Assembly (NCBI RefSeq): GCF_056712565.1 | Contig: NZ_CM160072.1 | Strand: one strand, 5' to 3' | DNA length: 64,000 bases | Shown: piece after piece, positions 42,385-54,193 of the stretch | Position numbering within the stretch: position 1 is the stretch's first letter | Layout of the letters: the number at the start of each line of letters is the position of its first letter | The notes under the pieces: generated by a model | What the model was told of the DNA's origin: nothing | Databases searched by the model: none | What the model saw: the letters and a program-made list of their open reading frames with translations, nothing else | Program-made: the position numbers and the translations under genes

Positions 42385-43839
42385 AAATTTCACTCATTTG
42401 TAGGATACAGAAAGCAATACAAAGCCCGCATAAACAATTAGCATTTATGTTGTGTAATATTTTTTTGCCAGGCTTATAGTGTCTTTGGCAACCGGTAGCT
42501 GTATTTTATATTTTTTTGTATAAGGTCTCCTGTGAAAAATCTCTTTTCACATTATTTAAATAAACAGAGAACCAGATTAAATACCTGAGTATAAAATCTC
42601 TTCTGATGTTTAATTGATTTGAATGTTCGTAAGCTATATCACTTACTCAATCCATTTTACCCAGAGTCATAAAATAGAATGTCTGTTGATCTCATTTTCA
42701 TATTCCTTTCAGACTGAAGTGCGTTTTCATCACCCGATGAGAAAGAACTGAAGTGATGTTTGCCATAGATTGCGAGATGCCCTGTCTCATTGACTATCTT
42801 GGTGCACCTTTATACCTGTTATACCAGATCAAAAATCACGCAATCCATACAACAAAACCAGATTTGCAATTCGTGTCACAAAATATGTCGATCTTTTTCT
42901 AAGAGGAAGATGCCATGTGAAGCCAGACGAACACTTGCGGTGGTCTTCAAAAACTAAAGATCTTAGTTTAACTATTTGTTTTATAAATAATTTGTTTAGA
43001 GTCTAAACAAGGGGAGCTTTGCAAGCTAACTCAGTGAGCTTGGTGAAAATCAGTGTTTACCCGCCATCAGGCTGAGCATAATTCTCATCATGAAATATGT
43101 TTCCTGGTTTGTGGCTTGTAACTGGTCACTTCTGAAGTCGATCTGGAGAGGCTTGTTGATGTTGGTGTTTTCAGGATGATGTTTCACTTAGTTTGTTTGC
43201 CGTATCGCCCGGCGAATGGCTGTGATTGAGGAAGGTTTAAGTCGTAGTGACCAAAGCTATATTTACCAACGAATGTAGATGAAAAAATCATCTCCTGCGT
43301 TCCCCCATATCTCCAGGATAAAAAGGAATGTAACAATCTCATGGCGTAAGCTGACGAATCAGCAGGAATAATCGCTAGGGACCTAAGAATTAGCATGATA
43401 ATAGCCACTAAGAAATTACTGCGCTCCATGAAATAGCCATTTTGTGGCAAATGGAGTTGACTAATAATGTCATATGTGAGACGGCTAGTTGAACGAATAT
43501 TAAATTTTGCTGAATTTTTTATGTTGATTTTACTTGTTACAGAACATATCACATGATATATAGATAAGATTAGTTGCATTAATGATGAGGGTTATTATTA
43601 GATTCGTATCCGATTGATAAATATATAAAGGTACATAGCATGCAAGAGCATGGCGTTTGTATGGCAACGTTATTATAATTAACAGTTGCTACTCCATTTA
43701 AGTTCACTCAGAAGAACTGGTCCACTTACGTTAGTTATTAAGCAAACGTTCGCTTTTATAAACATAATCAGGATAAAAATGTTGGATTATTGCTAACCCA
43801 GCACAGCTAGTGCGCGTCTGTAATTATAAGGGAAAAACG

Positions 43840-44442
43840 ATGAAGAATAAGGCTGATAACAAAAAAAGGAACTTCCTGACCCATAGTGAAATCGAATCAC
43901 TCCTTAAAGCAGCAAATACCGGGCCTCATGCAGCACGTAATTATTGTCTGACTTTGCTTTGTTTTATTCATGGTTTCCGGGCGAGTGAAATTTGTCGATT
44001 GAGGATTTCGGATATTGATCTTAAGGCAAAGTGTATATATATCCATCGATTAAAAAAAGGCTTTTCAACAACGCACCCGCTATTGAATAAAGAAGTTCAG
44101 GCTTTAAAAAACTGGTTGAGTATCCGTACTTCGTACCCGCATGCTGAGAGCGAGTGGGTATTTTTATCACGTAAGGGGAATCCGCTTTCTCGGCAACAGT
44201 TTTACCATATTATCTCGACTTCCGGTGGTAATGCCGGGTTGTCACTGGAGATTCATCCGCACATGTTACGCCATTCGTGTGGTTTTGCTTTGGCGAATAT
44301 GGGAATAGATACGCGACTTATCCAGGATTATCTTGGGCATCGCAATATTCGTCATACTGTCTGGTATACCGCCAGCAATGCAGGGCGTTTTTACGGCATC
44401 TGGGATAGAGCCAGAGGACGACAGCGTCACGCTGTTTTATAG
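43840..44442 (+). CDS. fimB: Type 1 fimbriae tyrosine recombinase FimB (bidirectional switching)
   Basis: 200-aa product MKNKADNKKRNFLTHSEIESLL...; tyrosine recombinase motifs (…HMLRHSCGF…LGHRNIRHTVWYT). Confidence 0.95.
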   Translation: MKNKADNKKRNFLTHSEIESLLKAANTGPHAARNYCLTLLCFIHGFRASEICRLRISDIDLKAKCIYIHRLKKGFSTTHPLLNKEVQALKNWLSIRTSYPHAESEWVFLSRKGNPLSRQQFYHIISTSGGNAGLSLEIHPHMLRHSCGFALANMGIDTRLIQDYLGHRNIRHTVWYTASNAGRFYGIWDRARGRQRHAVL

Positions 44443-44919
44443 AGATAGTTGAGATACCAGGGATGGTGTTAAAAACTACATTATTCTTACGATATATCAA
44501 AAATGATTAACCATTTATTAATTGATGTTATTGTAAGTGTGATTCTTAATTATCATAATAAACATTAAGTTAACCATATCCATACAAAATACAATGGTTT
44601 ATGTTCTTCAAAATAAATAAACAAAATCATTCATAAATTTACACATCACTTAAAATCTCCTGTTTCCGCACTTTTTTCTTTATTTTTTAAGCAACTGGAA
44701 GTTAATCCACTGCAATCTATTGTTATATTGAATCAAATCAATGAAAATAGATGTTGTCACATCAGTGATATTTTATTTTTGTATGATATTTAATGTAATT
44801 GACTGATAGCCACATCACTCCGTGTGTGGTTATCTTTTTATCTATTGGGCTAATTTTGACCGATTGAGGTTTCCTATAGGTATTCATTCAAATATATCTC
44901 AGTTAGGAGTACTACTATT

Positions 44920-45516
44920 GTGAGTAAACGTCGTTATCTTACCGGTAAAGAAGTTCAGGCCATGATGCAGGCGGTTTGTTACGGGGCAACGGGAGCCAGA
45001 GATTATTGTCTTATTCTGTTGGCATATCGGCATGGGATGCGTATTAGTGAACTGCTTGATCTGCATTATCAGGACCTTGACCTTAATGAAGGTAGAATAA
45101 ATATTCGCCGACTGAAGAACGGATTTTCTACCGTTCACCCGTTACGTTTTGATGAGCGTGAAGCCGTGGAACGCTGGACCCAGGAACGTGCTAACTGGAA
45201 AGGCGCTGACCGGACTGACGCTATATTTATTTCTCGCCGCGGGAGTCGGCTTTCTCGCCAGCAGGCCTATCGCATTATTCGCGATGCCGGTATTGAAGCT
45301 GGAACCGTAACGCAGACTCATCCTCATATGTTAAGGCATGCTTGCGGTTATGAATTGGCGGAGCGTGGTGCAGATACTCGTTTAATTCAGGATTATCTCG
45401 GGCATCGAAATATTCGCCATACTGTGCGTTATACCGCCAGTAATGCTGCTCGTTTTGCCGGATTATGGGAAAGAAATAATCTCATAAACGAAAAATTAAA
45501 AAGAGAAGAGGTTTGA
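44920..45516 (+). CDS. fimE: Type 1 fimbriae tyrosine recombinase FimE (ON-to-OFF switching), GTG start
   Basis: 198-aa product MSKRRYLTGKEVQAMMQAV... Confidence 0.95.
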   Translation: MSKRRYLTGKEVQAMMQAVCYGATGARDYCLILLAYRHGMRISELLDLHYQDLDLNEGRINIRRLKNGFSTVHPLRFDEREAVERWTQERANWKGADRTDAIFISRRGSRLSRQQAYRIIRDAGIEAGTVTQTHPHMLRHACGYELAERGADTRLIQDYLGHRNIRHTVRYTASNAARFAGLWERNNLINEKLKREEV

Positions 45517-45565
45517 TTTAACTTATTGATAATAAAGTTAAAAAAAACAAATAAATACAAGACAA

Positions 45566-45892
45566 TTGGGGCCAAACTGTCCATATCATAAATAAGTTAC
45601 GACAAACTTTTTCAGTTTATTTGTTGGCTTAATATTCTATTGTTATCTTTATTTATAGATGTTTATATTGCATGAGGTGGTTTTTGGAGAGAAGAATGAG
45701 GAAGATGCGTCGAGCCACAGAAACGCATCTTCCTCATTCTTAGCTTTACATATAGCGGAGGTGATGTGAAATTAATTTACAATAGAAATAATTTACATAT
45801 CAAACAGTTAGATGCTTTTTGTCGTTTTTTAATATTTTTATGCTTGAGAAAAAATACGTAACTTATTTATGATATGGACAGTTTGGCCCCAA
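45566..45892 (+). promoter_or_regulatory. fimS invertible promoter element, oriented with the fimA promoter pointing at fimA (phase ON); bounded here by perfect 36-bp inverted repeats
   Basis: TTGGGGCCA at 45566-45574 and TGGCCCCAA at 45884-45892; -35 TTGAGA (45844-45849) and -10 TATGAT (45868-45873) read toward fimA; identity extends to TTGGGGCCAAACTGTCCATATCATAAATAAGTTACG (45566-45601) versus its exact reverse complement (45857-45892). Confidence 0.85.
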
Positions 45893-46011
45893 ATGTTTCA
45901 TCTTTTGGGGGAAAACTGTGCAGTGTTGGCAGTCAAACTCGTTGACAAAACAAAGTGTACAGAACGACTGCCCATGTCGATTTAGAAATAGTTTTTTGAA
46001 AGGAAAGCAGC

Positions 46012-46560
46012 ATGAAAATTAAAACTCTGGCAATCGTTGTTCTGTCGGCTCTGTCCCTCAGTTCTACAGTGGCTCTGGCCGCTGCCACGACGGTTAATGG
46101 TGGGACCGTTCACTTTAAAGGGGAAGTTGTTAACGCCGCTTGCGCAGTTGATGCAGGCTCTGTTGATCAAACCGTTCAGTTAGGACAGGTTCGTACCGCA
46201 TCGCTGGCACAGGAAGGAGCAACCAGTTCTGCTGTCGGTTTTAACATTCAGCTGAATGATTGCGATACCAATGTTGCATCTAAAGCCGCTGTTGCCTTTT
46301 TAGGTACGGCGATTGATGCGGGTCATACCAACGTTCTGGCTCTGCAGAGTTCAGCTGCGGGTAGCGCAACAAACGTTGGTGTGCAGATCCTGGACAGAAC
46401 GGGTGCTGCGCTGACGCTGGATGGTGCGACATTTAGTTCAGAAACAACCCTGAATAACGGAACCAATACCATTCCGTTCCAGGCGCGTTATTTTGCAACC
46501 GGGGCCGCAACCCCGGGTGCTGCTAATGCGGATGCGACCTTCAAGGTTCAGTATCAATAA
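46012..46560 (+). CDS. fimA: Type 1 fimbrial major subunit
   Basis: 182 aa, signal peptide, pilin fold, ...FKVQYQ C-terminus. Confidence 0.95.
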
Positions 46561-46624
46561 CCTACCCAGGTTCAGGGACGTCATTACGGGCAGGGATGCC
46601 CACCCTTGTGCGATAAAAATAACG

Positions 46625-47164
46625 ATGAAAAGGAAGAGATTATTTCTATTAGCGTCGTTGCTGCCAATGTTTGCTCTGGCCGGAAATAAATGGAATACCA
46701 CGTTGCCCGGCGGAAATATGCAATTTCAGGGCGTCATTATTGCGGAAACTTGCCGGATTGAAGCCGGTGATAAACAAATGACGGTCAATATGGGGCAAAT
46801 CAGCAGTAACCGGTTTCATGCGGTTGGGGAAGATAGCGCACCGGTGCCTTTTGTTATTCATTTACGGGAATGTAGCACGGTGGTGAGTGAACGTGTAGGT
46901 GTGGCGTTTCACGGTGTCGCGGATGGTAAAAATCCGGATGTGCTTTCCGTGGGAGAGGGGCCAGGGATAGCCACCAATATTGGCGTAGCGTTGTTTGATG
47001 ATGAAGGAAACCTCGTACCGATTAATCGTCCTCCAGCAAACTGGAAACGGCTTTATTCAGGCTCTACTTCGCTACATTTCATCGCCAAATATCGTGCTAC
47101 CGGGCGTCGGGTTACTGGCGGCATCGCCAATGCCCAGGCCTGGTTCTCTTTAACCTATCAGTAA
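46625..47164 (+). CDS. fimI: Fimbrial protein FimI
   Basis: 179 aa from [19 protein letters not shown]; pilin-like. Confidence 0.9.
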
Positions 47165-47200
47165 TTGTTCAGCAGATAATGTGATAACAGGAACAGGACA

Positions 47201-47926
47201 GTGAGTAATAAAAACGTCAATGTAAGGAAATCGCAGGAAATAACATTCTGCTTGCTGGCAGGTATCCTGATGTTCATGGCAATGATGGTTGCCGGACGCG
47301 CTGAAGCGGGAGTGGCCTTAGGTGCGACTCGCGTAATTTATCCGGCAGGGCAAAAACAAGTGCAACTTGCCGTGACAAATAATGATGAAAATAGTACCTA
47401 TTTAATTCAATCATGGGTGGAAAATGCCGATGGTGTAAAGGATGGTCGTTTTATCGTGACGCCTCCTCTGTTTGCGATGAAGGGAAAAAAAGAGAATACC
47501 TTACGTATTCTTGATGCAACAAATAACCAATTGCCACAGGACCGGGAAAGTTTATTCTGGATGAACGTTAAAGCGATTCCGTCAATGGATAAATCAAAAT
47601 TGACTGAGAATACGCTACAGCTCGCAATTATCAGCCGCATTAAACTGTACTATCGCCCGGCTAAATTAGCGTTGCCACCCGATCAGGCCGCAGAAAAATT
47701 AAGATTTCGTCGTAGCGCGAATTCTCTGACGCTGATTAACCCGACACCCTATTACCTGACGGTAACAGAGTTGAATGCCGGAACCCGGGTTCTTGAAAAT
47801 GCATTGGTGCCTCCAATGGGCGAAAGCACGGTTAAATTGCCTTCTGATGCAGGAAGCAATATTACTTACCGAACAATAAATGATTATGGCGCACTTACCC
47901 CCAAAATGACGGGCGTAATGGAATAA
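47201..47926 (+). CDS. fimC: Periplasmic pilus chaperone
   Basis: 241 aa, PapD-like chaperone. Confidence 0.95.
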   Translation: MSNKNVNVRKSQEITFCLLAGILMFMAMMVAGRAEAGVALGATRVIYPAGQKQVQLAVTNNDENSTYLIQSWVENADGVKDGRFIVTPPLFAMKGKKENTLRILDATNNQLPQDRESLFWMNVKAIPSMDKSKLTENTLQLAIISRIKLYYRPAKLALPPDQAAEKLRFRRSANSLTLINPTPYYLTVTELNAGTRVLENALVPPMGESTVKLPSDAGSNITYRTINDYGALTPKMTGVME

Positions 47927-47992
47927 CGCAGGGGGAATTTTTCGCCTGAATAAAAAGAATTGACTGCCGGGTGATTTTAAGCCGGAGGAATA

Positions 47993-50629
47993 ATGTCATA
48001 TCTGAATTTAAGACTTTACCAGCGAAACACACAATGCTTGCATATTCGTAAGCATCGTTTGGCTGGTTTTTTTGTCCGACTCGTTGTCGCCTGTGCTTTT
48101 GCCGCACAGGCACCTTTGTCATCTGCCGACCTCTATTTTAATCCGCGCTTTTTAGCGGATGATCCCCAGGCTGTGGCCGATTTATCGCGTTTTGAAAATG
48201 GGCAAGAATTACCGCCAGGGACGTATCGCGTCGATATCTATTTGAATAATGGTTATATGGCAACGCGTGATGTCACATTTAATACGGGCGACAGTGAACA
48301 AGGGATTGTTCCCTGCCTGACACGCGCGCAACTCGCCAGTATGGGGCTGAATACGGCTTCTGTCGCCGGTATGAATCTGCTGGCGGATGATGCCTGTGTG
48401 CCATTAACCACAATGGTCCAGGACGCTACTGCGCATCTGGATGTTGGTCAGCAGCGACTGAACCTGACGATCCCTCAGGCATTTATGAGTAATCGCGCGC
48501 GTGGTTATATTCCTCCTGAGTTATGGGATCCCGGTATTAATGCCGGATTGCTCAATTATAATTTCAGCGGAAATAGTGTACAGAATCGGATTGGGGGTAA
48601 CAGCCATTATGCATATTTAAACCTACAGAGTGGGTTAAATATTGGTGCGTGGCGTTTACGCGACAATACCACCTGGAGTTATAACAGTAGCGACAGATCA
48701 TCAGGTAGCAAAAATAAATGGCAGCATATCAATACCTGGCTTGAGCGAGACATAATACCGTTACGTTCCCGGCTGACGCTGGGTGATGGTTATACTCAGG
48801 GCGATATTTTCGATGGTATTAACTTTCGCGGCGCACAATTGGCCTCAGATGACAATATGTTACCCGATAGTCAAAGAGGATTTGCCCCGGTGATCCACGG
48901 TATTGCTCGTGGTACTGCACAGGTCACTATTAAACAAAATGGGTATGACATTTATAATAGTACGGTGCCACCGGGGCCTTTTACCATCAACGATATCTAT
49001 GCCGCAGGTAATAGTGGTGACTTGCAGGTAACGATCAAAGAGGCTGACGGCAGCACGCAGATTTTTACCGTACCCTATTCGTCAGTCCCGCTTTTGCAAC
49101 GTGAAGGGCATACTCGTTATTCCATTACGGCAGGAGAATACCGTAGTGGAAATGCGCAGCAGGAAAAACCCCGCTTTTTCCAGAGTACATTACTCCACGG
49201 CCTTCCGGCTGGCTGGACAATATATGGTGGAACGCAACTGGCGGATCGTTATCGTGCTTTTAATTTCGGTATCGGGAAAAACATGGGGGCACTGGGCGCT
49301 CTGTCTGTGGATATGACGCAGGCTAATTCCACACTTCCCGATGACAGTCAGCATGACGGACAATCGGTGCGTTTTCTCTATAACAAATCGCTCAATGAAT
49401 CAGGCACGAATATTCAGTTAGTGGGTTACCGTTATTCGACCAGCGGATATTTTAATTTCGCTGATACAACATACAGTCGAATGAATGGCTACAACATCGA
49501 AACACAGGACGGAGTTATTCAGGTTAAGCCGAAATTCACCGACTATTACAACCTCGCTTATAACAAACGCGGGAAATTACAACTCACCGTTACTCAGCAA
49601 CTCGGGCGCACATCAACACTGTATTTGAGTGGTAGCCATCAAACTTATTGGGGAACGAGTAATGTCGATGAGCAATTCCAGGCTGGATTAAATACTGCGT
49701 TCGAAGATATCAACTGGACGCTCAGCTATAGCCTGACGAAAAACGCCTGGCAAAAAGGACGGGATCAGATGTTAGCGCTTAACGTCAATATTCCTTTCAG
49801 CCACTGGCTGCGTTCTGACAGTAAATCTCAGTGGCGACATGCCAGTGCCAGCTACAGCATGTCACACGATCTCAACGGTCGGATGACCAATCTGGCTGGT
49901 GTATACGGTACGTTGCTGGAAGACAACAACCTCAGCTATAGCGTGCAAACCGGCTATGCCGGGGGAGGCGATGGAAATAGCGGAAGTACAGGCTACGCCA
50001 CGCTGAATTATCGCGGTGGTTACGGCAATGCCAATATCGGTTACAGCCATAGCGATGATATTAAGCAGCTCTATTACGGAGTCAGCGGTGGGGTACTGGC
50101 TCATGCCAATGGCGTAACGCTGGGGCAGCCGTTAAACGATACGGTGGTGCTTGTTAAAGCGCCTGGCGCAAAAGATGCAAAAGTCGAAAACCAGACGGGG
50201 GTGCGTACCGACTGGCGTGGTTATGCCGTGCTGCCTTATGCCACTGAATATCGGGAAAATAGAGTGGCGCTGGATACCAATACCCTGGCTGATAACGTCG
50301 ATTTAGATAACGCGGTTGCTAACGTTGTTCCCACTCGTGGGGCGATCGTGCGAGCAGAGTTTAAAGCGCGCGTTGGGATAAAACTGCTCATGACGCTGAC
50401 CCACAATAATAAGCCGCTGCCGTTTGGGGCGATGGTGACATCAGAGAGTAGCCAGAGTAGCGGCATTGTTGCGGATAATGGTCAGGTTTACCTCAGCGGA
50501 ATGCCTTTAGCGGGAAAAGTTCAGGTGAAATGGGGAGAAGAGGAAAATGCTCACTGTGTCGCCAATTATCAACTGCCACCAGAGAGTCAGCAGCAGTTAT
50601 TAACCCAGCTATCAGCTGAATGTCGTTAA
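47993..50629 (+). CDS. fimD: Outer-membrane fimbrial usher
   Basis: 878 aa usher. Confidence 0.95.
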   Translation: MSYLNLRLYQRNTQCLHIRKHRLAGFFVRLVVACAFAAQAPLSSADLYFNPRFLADDPQAVADLSRFENGQELPPGTYRVDIYLNNGYMATRDVTFNTGDSEQGIVPCLTRAQLASMGLNTASVAGMNLLADDACVPLTTMVQDATAHLDVGQQRLNLTIPQAFMSNRARGYIPPELWDPGINAGLLNYNFSGNSVQNRIGGNSHYAYLNLQSGLNIGAWRLRDNTTWSYNSSDRSSGSKNKWQHINTWLERDIIPLRSRLTLGDGYTQGDIFDGINFRGAQLASDDNMLPDSQRGFAPVIHGIARGTAQVTIKQNGYDIYNSTVPPGPFTINDIYAAGNSGDLQVTIKEADGSTQIFTVPYSSVPLLQREGHTRYSITAGEYRSGNAQQEKPRFFQSTLLHGLPAGWTIYGGTQLADRYRAFNFGIGKNMGALGALSVDMTQANSTLPDDSQHDGQSVRFLYNKSLNESGTNIQLVGYRYSTSGYFNFADTTYSRMNGYNIETQDGVIQVKPKFTDYYNLAYNKRGKLQLTVTQQLGRTSTLYLSGSHQTYWGTSNVDEQFQAGLNTAFEDINWTLSYSLTKNAWQKGRDQMLALNVNIPFSHWLRSDSKSQWRHASASYSMSHDLNGRMTNLAGVYGTLLEDNNLSYSVQTGYAGGGDGNSGSTGYATLNYRGGYGNANIGYSHSDDIKQLYYGVSGGVLAHANGVTLGQPLNDTVVLVKAPGAKDAKVENQTGVRTDWRGYAVLPYATEYRENRVALDTNTLADNVDLDNAVANVVPTRGAIVRAEFKARVGIKLLMTLTHNNKPLPFGAMVTSESSQSSGIVADNGQVYLSGMPLAGKVQVKWGEEENAHCVANYQLPPESQQQLLTQLSAECR

Positions 50630-50635
50630 GGGGGC

Positions 50636-51169
50636 GTGATGAGAAACAAACCTTTTTATCTTCTGTGCGCTTTTTTGTGGCTGGCGGTGAGTCACGCTTT
50701 GGCTGCGGATAGCACGATTACTATCCGCGGCTATGTCAGGGATAACGGCTGTAGTGTGGCCGCTGAATCAACCAATTTTACTGTTGATCTGATGGAAAAC
50801 GCGGCGAAGCAATTTAACAACATTGGCGCGACGACTCCTGTTGTTCCATTTCGTATTTTGCTGTCACCCTGTGGTAATGCCGTTTCTGCCGTAAAGGTTG
50901 GGTTTACTGGCGTTGCAGATAGCCACAATGCCAACCTGCTTGCACTTGAAAATACGGTGTCAGCGGCTTCGGGACTGGGAATACAGCTTCTGAATGAGCA
51001 GCAAAATCAAATACCCCTTAATGCTCCATCGTCCGCGCTTTCGTGGACGACCCTGACGCCGGGTAAACCAAATACGCTGAATTTTTACGCCCGGCTAATG
51101 GCGACACAGGTGCCTGTCACTGCGGGGCATATCAATGCCACGGCTACCTTCACTCTTGAATATCAGTAA
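50636..51169 (+). CDS. fimF: Fimbrial minor subunit FimF
   Basis: 177-aa pilin-like ORF (start possibly 50639). Confidence 0.9.
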   Translation: MMRNKPFYLLCAFLWLAVSHALAADSTITIRGYVRDNGCSVAAESTNFTVDLMENAAKQFNNIGATTPVVPFRILLSPCGNAVSAVKVGFTGVADSHNANLLALENTVSAASGLGIQLLNEQQNQIPLNAPSSALSWTTLTPGKPNTLNFYARLMATQVPVTAGHINATATFTLEYQ

Positions 51170-51175
51170 CTGGAG

Positions 51176-51685
51176 ATGCTCATGAAATGGTGCAAACGTG
51201 GGTATGTATTGGCGGCAATATTGGCGCTCGCAAGTGCGACGATACAGGCAGCCGATGTCACCATCACGGTGAACGGTAAGGTCGTCGCCAAACCGTGTAC
51301 GGTTTCCACCACCAATGCCACGGTTGATCTCGGCGATCTTTATTCTTTCAGTCTTATGTCTGCCGGGGCGGCATCGGCCTGGCATGATGTTGCGCTTGAG
51401 TTGACTAATTGTCCGGTGGGAACGTCGAGGGTCACTGCCAGCTTCAGCGGGGCAGCCGACAGTACCGGATATTATAAAAACCAGGGGACCGCGCAAAACA
51501 TCCAGTTAGAGCTACAGGATGACAGTGGCAACACATTGAATACTGGCGCAACCAAAACAGTTCAGGTGGATGATTCCTCACAATCAGCGCACTTCCCGTT
51601 ACAGGTCAGAGCATTGACAGTAAATGGCGGAGCCACTCAGGGAACCATTCAGGCAGTGATTAGCATCACCTATACCTACAGCTGA
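51176..51685 (+). CDS. fimG: Fimbrial minor subunit FimG
   Basis: 169-aa pilin-like ORF. Confidence 0.9.
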   Translation: MLMKWCKRGYVLAAILALASATIQAADVTITVNGKVVAKPCTVSTTNATVDLGDLYSFSLMSAGAASAWHDVALELTNCPVGTSRVTASFSGAADSTGYYKNQGTAQNIQLELQDDSGNTLNTGATKTVQVDDSSQSAHFPLQVRALTVNGGATQGTIQAVISITYTYS

Positions 51686-51695
51686 ACCCGAAGAG

Positions 51696-52607
51696 ATGAT
51701 TGTAATGAAACGAGTTATTACCCTGTTTGCTGTACTGCTGATGGGCTGGTCGGTAAATGCCTGGTCATTCGCCTGTAAAACCGCCAATGGTACCGCTATC
51801 CCTATTGGCGGTGGCAGCGCCAATGTTTATGTAAACCTTGCGCCCGTCGTGAATGTGGGGCAAAACCTGGTCGTGGATCTTTCGACGCAAATCTTTTGCC
51901 ATAACGATTATCCGGAAACCATTACAGACTATGTCACACTGCAACGAGGCTCGGCTTATGGCGGCGTGTTATCTAATTTTTCCGGGACCGTAAAATATAG
52001 TGGCAGTAGCTATCCATTTCCTACCACCAGCGAAACGCCGCGCGTTGTTTATAATTCGAGAACGGATAAGCCGTGGCCGGTGGCGCTTTATTTGACGCCT
52101 GTGAGCAGTGCGGGCGGGGTGGCGATTAAAGCTGGCTCATTAATTGCCGTGCTTATTTTGCGACAGACCAACAACTATAACAGCGATGATTTCCAGTTTG
52201 TGTGGAATATTTACGCCAATAATGATGTGGTGGTGCCTACTGGCGGCTGCGATGTTTCTGCTCGTGATGTCACCGTTACTCTGCCGGACTACCCTGGTTC
52301 AGTGCCAATTCCTCTTACCGTTTATTGTGCGAAAAGCCAAAACCTGGGGTATTACCTCTCCGGCACAACCGCAGATGCGGGCAACTCGATTTTCACCAAT
52401 ACCGCGTCGTTTTCACCTGCACAGGGCGTCGGCGTACAGTTGACGCGCAACGGTACGATTATTCCAGCGAATAACACGGTATCGTTAGGAGCAGTAGGGA
52501 CTTCGGCGGTGAGTCTGGGATTAACGGCAAATTATGCACGTACCGGAGGGCAGGTGACTGCAGGGAATGTGCAATCGATTATTGGCGTGACTTTTGTTTA
52601 TCAATAA
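51696..52607 (+). CDS. fimH: Mannose-binding tip adhesin FimH
   Basis: 303-aa ORF (probable start MKRVITLFAVLLMGWSVNAWS at 51705), lectin plus pilin domain. Confidence 0.95.
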   Translation: MIVMKRVITLFAVLLMGWSVNAWSFACKTANGTAIPIGGGSANVYVNLAPVVNVGQNLVVDLSTQIFCHNDYPETITDYVTLQRGSAYGGVLSNFSGTVKYSGSSYPFPTTSETPRVVYNSRTDKPWPVALYLTPVSSAGGVAIKAGSLIAVLILRQTNNYNSDDFQFVWNIYANNDVVVPTGGCDVSARDVTVTLPDYPGSVPIPLTVYCAKSQNLGYYLSGTTADAGNSIFTNTASFSPAQGVGVQLTRNGTIIPANNTVSLGAVGTSAVSLGLTANYARTGGQVTAGNVQSIIGVTFVYQ

Positions 52608-52671
52608 AGAAATCACAGGACATTGCTAATGCTGGTACGCAATATTACCTGAAGCTAAAAACCTGCACGTT

Positions 52672-52780
52672 AGCCCTTTGTAGGCCAGATAAGACGCGTC
52701 AGCGTCGCATCTGGCATAAACAAAGCGCACTTTGCTGGTCTGTTCCCCTCACCCTAACCCTCTCCCCGGAGGGGCGAGGG
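52672..52780. repeat. REP/BIME-type palindromic repeats between fimH and gntP
   Basis: TGTAGGCCAGATAAGACGCGTCAGCGTCGCATCTGGCA (REP-like) and CCCCGGAGGGGCGAGGGG palindrome. Confidence 0.6.
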
Positions 52781-52849
52781 GACTGTCCGGGCACATTTTT
52801 AGACTTTGTCATCAGTCTGAGCCTGCCATTGGCAGGCTCTGGTGTCCTT

Positions 52850-54193
52850 TTACGCTACCATGCTAATAATCAGCACAATAATCAGCCCAACCACGGAGTT
52901 GACCAGCTCCAGCAGACCCCAGGTTTTCAACGTGTCTTTTACTGACAGGTCAAAGTAACCTTTGAACAACCAGAAAGATGCATCGTTAATGTGGGTGAGG
53001 GTGTTGGAACCCGCAGCCGTCGCCAGTACCAGCAGCGCCGGATTCACGCCAACCAGCTGACCAGTTGCTGGATCTAGGATTGCAGCACTGATAATCCCGG
53101 CGGCGGTCATCGCCGAAACGACACCCTGACCCGTCGCCAGACGAATTAGCACAGTGATCAGCCATGCCATGATGTAGGGCGAGATATTGCCGTGGGACAT
53201 CAACATGCCGATGGTGTCGCCAATGCCGGTGTCGATGATGGTCTGCTTCAGCACGCCACCCGCACCGATGATCAGAATCACCATTGCAATACTCTTCACC
53301 GCGCTTTCAAAAGCGTTCATCACCCACTGCATGTCATGACCACGTGCGGTGCCAAAGAGTACGAATGCAACCACCATCGCAATAAACATTGCAATCGGCG
53401 AGGAACCGATAAAGTTAACCACTTCCCAGGCAGGGGTATCTTTTACCAGCCAGATATTGGCGATGGTGGTAGAGATCATAATGATCGCCGGGATCAGCGG
53501 CACCAGAATCGAAACGCCGAAAGAGGGCAGATTATTCATATCTACCGGTTGATCTGCTTTCAGGAATGATGGCGTTGGGCGCTCAAGATTGCCGAGGAAC
53601 TTCGGCAGGATCAGACCTGCGCAGATTACACTTGGGATCGTCACCAGTACGCCATAGATATAAACCATCCCCATATCCGCGCCATAAGCATTCACCAGCG
53701 CCACCGGACCCGGCTGCGGTGGGAACAGTGAATGTGCGGTAGTGGCAGCTGCTACTGCCGGGATCGCCAGTTTCAGGAACGGAATTTTAGCTTCGGCGGC
53801 AATAACAATAACCAGCGGCGCTAACATGATAAAGGCCACTTCATAGAACATCGCCAGACCAAAAATCAGGCCGATGATAATCACCGACAGCTGTACATAG
53901 CGCAGACCGAGACGCGCCAGCAGCGTATGCGCTATCTGGTGAGCCGCGCCGGAGTCGACCATCAATTTACCGATGACCGCACCGAACACCACGATGATAG
54001 CCAGTTCCCCCAGCGTGTTGCCGAAGCCCGCTTTCATAGTGTGCAGCAGCGACATCAAATCCATGCCCGCCAGCATCCCGACGGACAGCGCCGCCACCAA
54101 CAAAGCCACCATTGAATTGATTTTGAACTTCAAATTCAGTACCAGCATCAGACCAATGCCGAATACCACCCAGAGAATGTTAAGCACATGCAT
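52850..54193 (-). CDS. gntP: GntP-family transporter
   Basis: 447-aa membrane ORF, divergent from uxuA. Confidence 0.85.

Noticed and set aside
43184-43579. 131-aa minus-strand ORF in the nanC-fimB intergenic region
   Set aside because: AT-rich low-complexity translation with no RBS, in a region known to be regulatory
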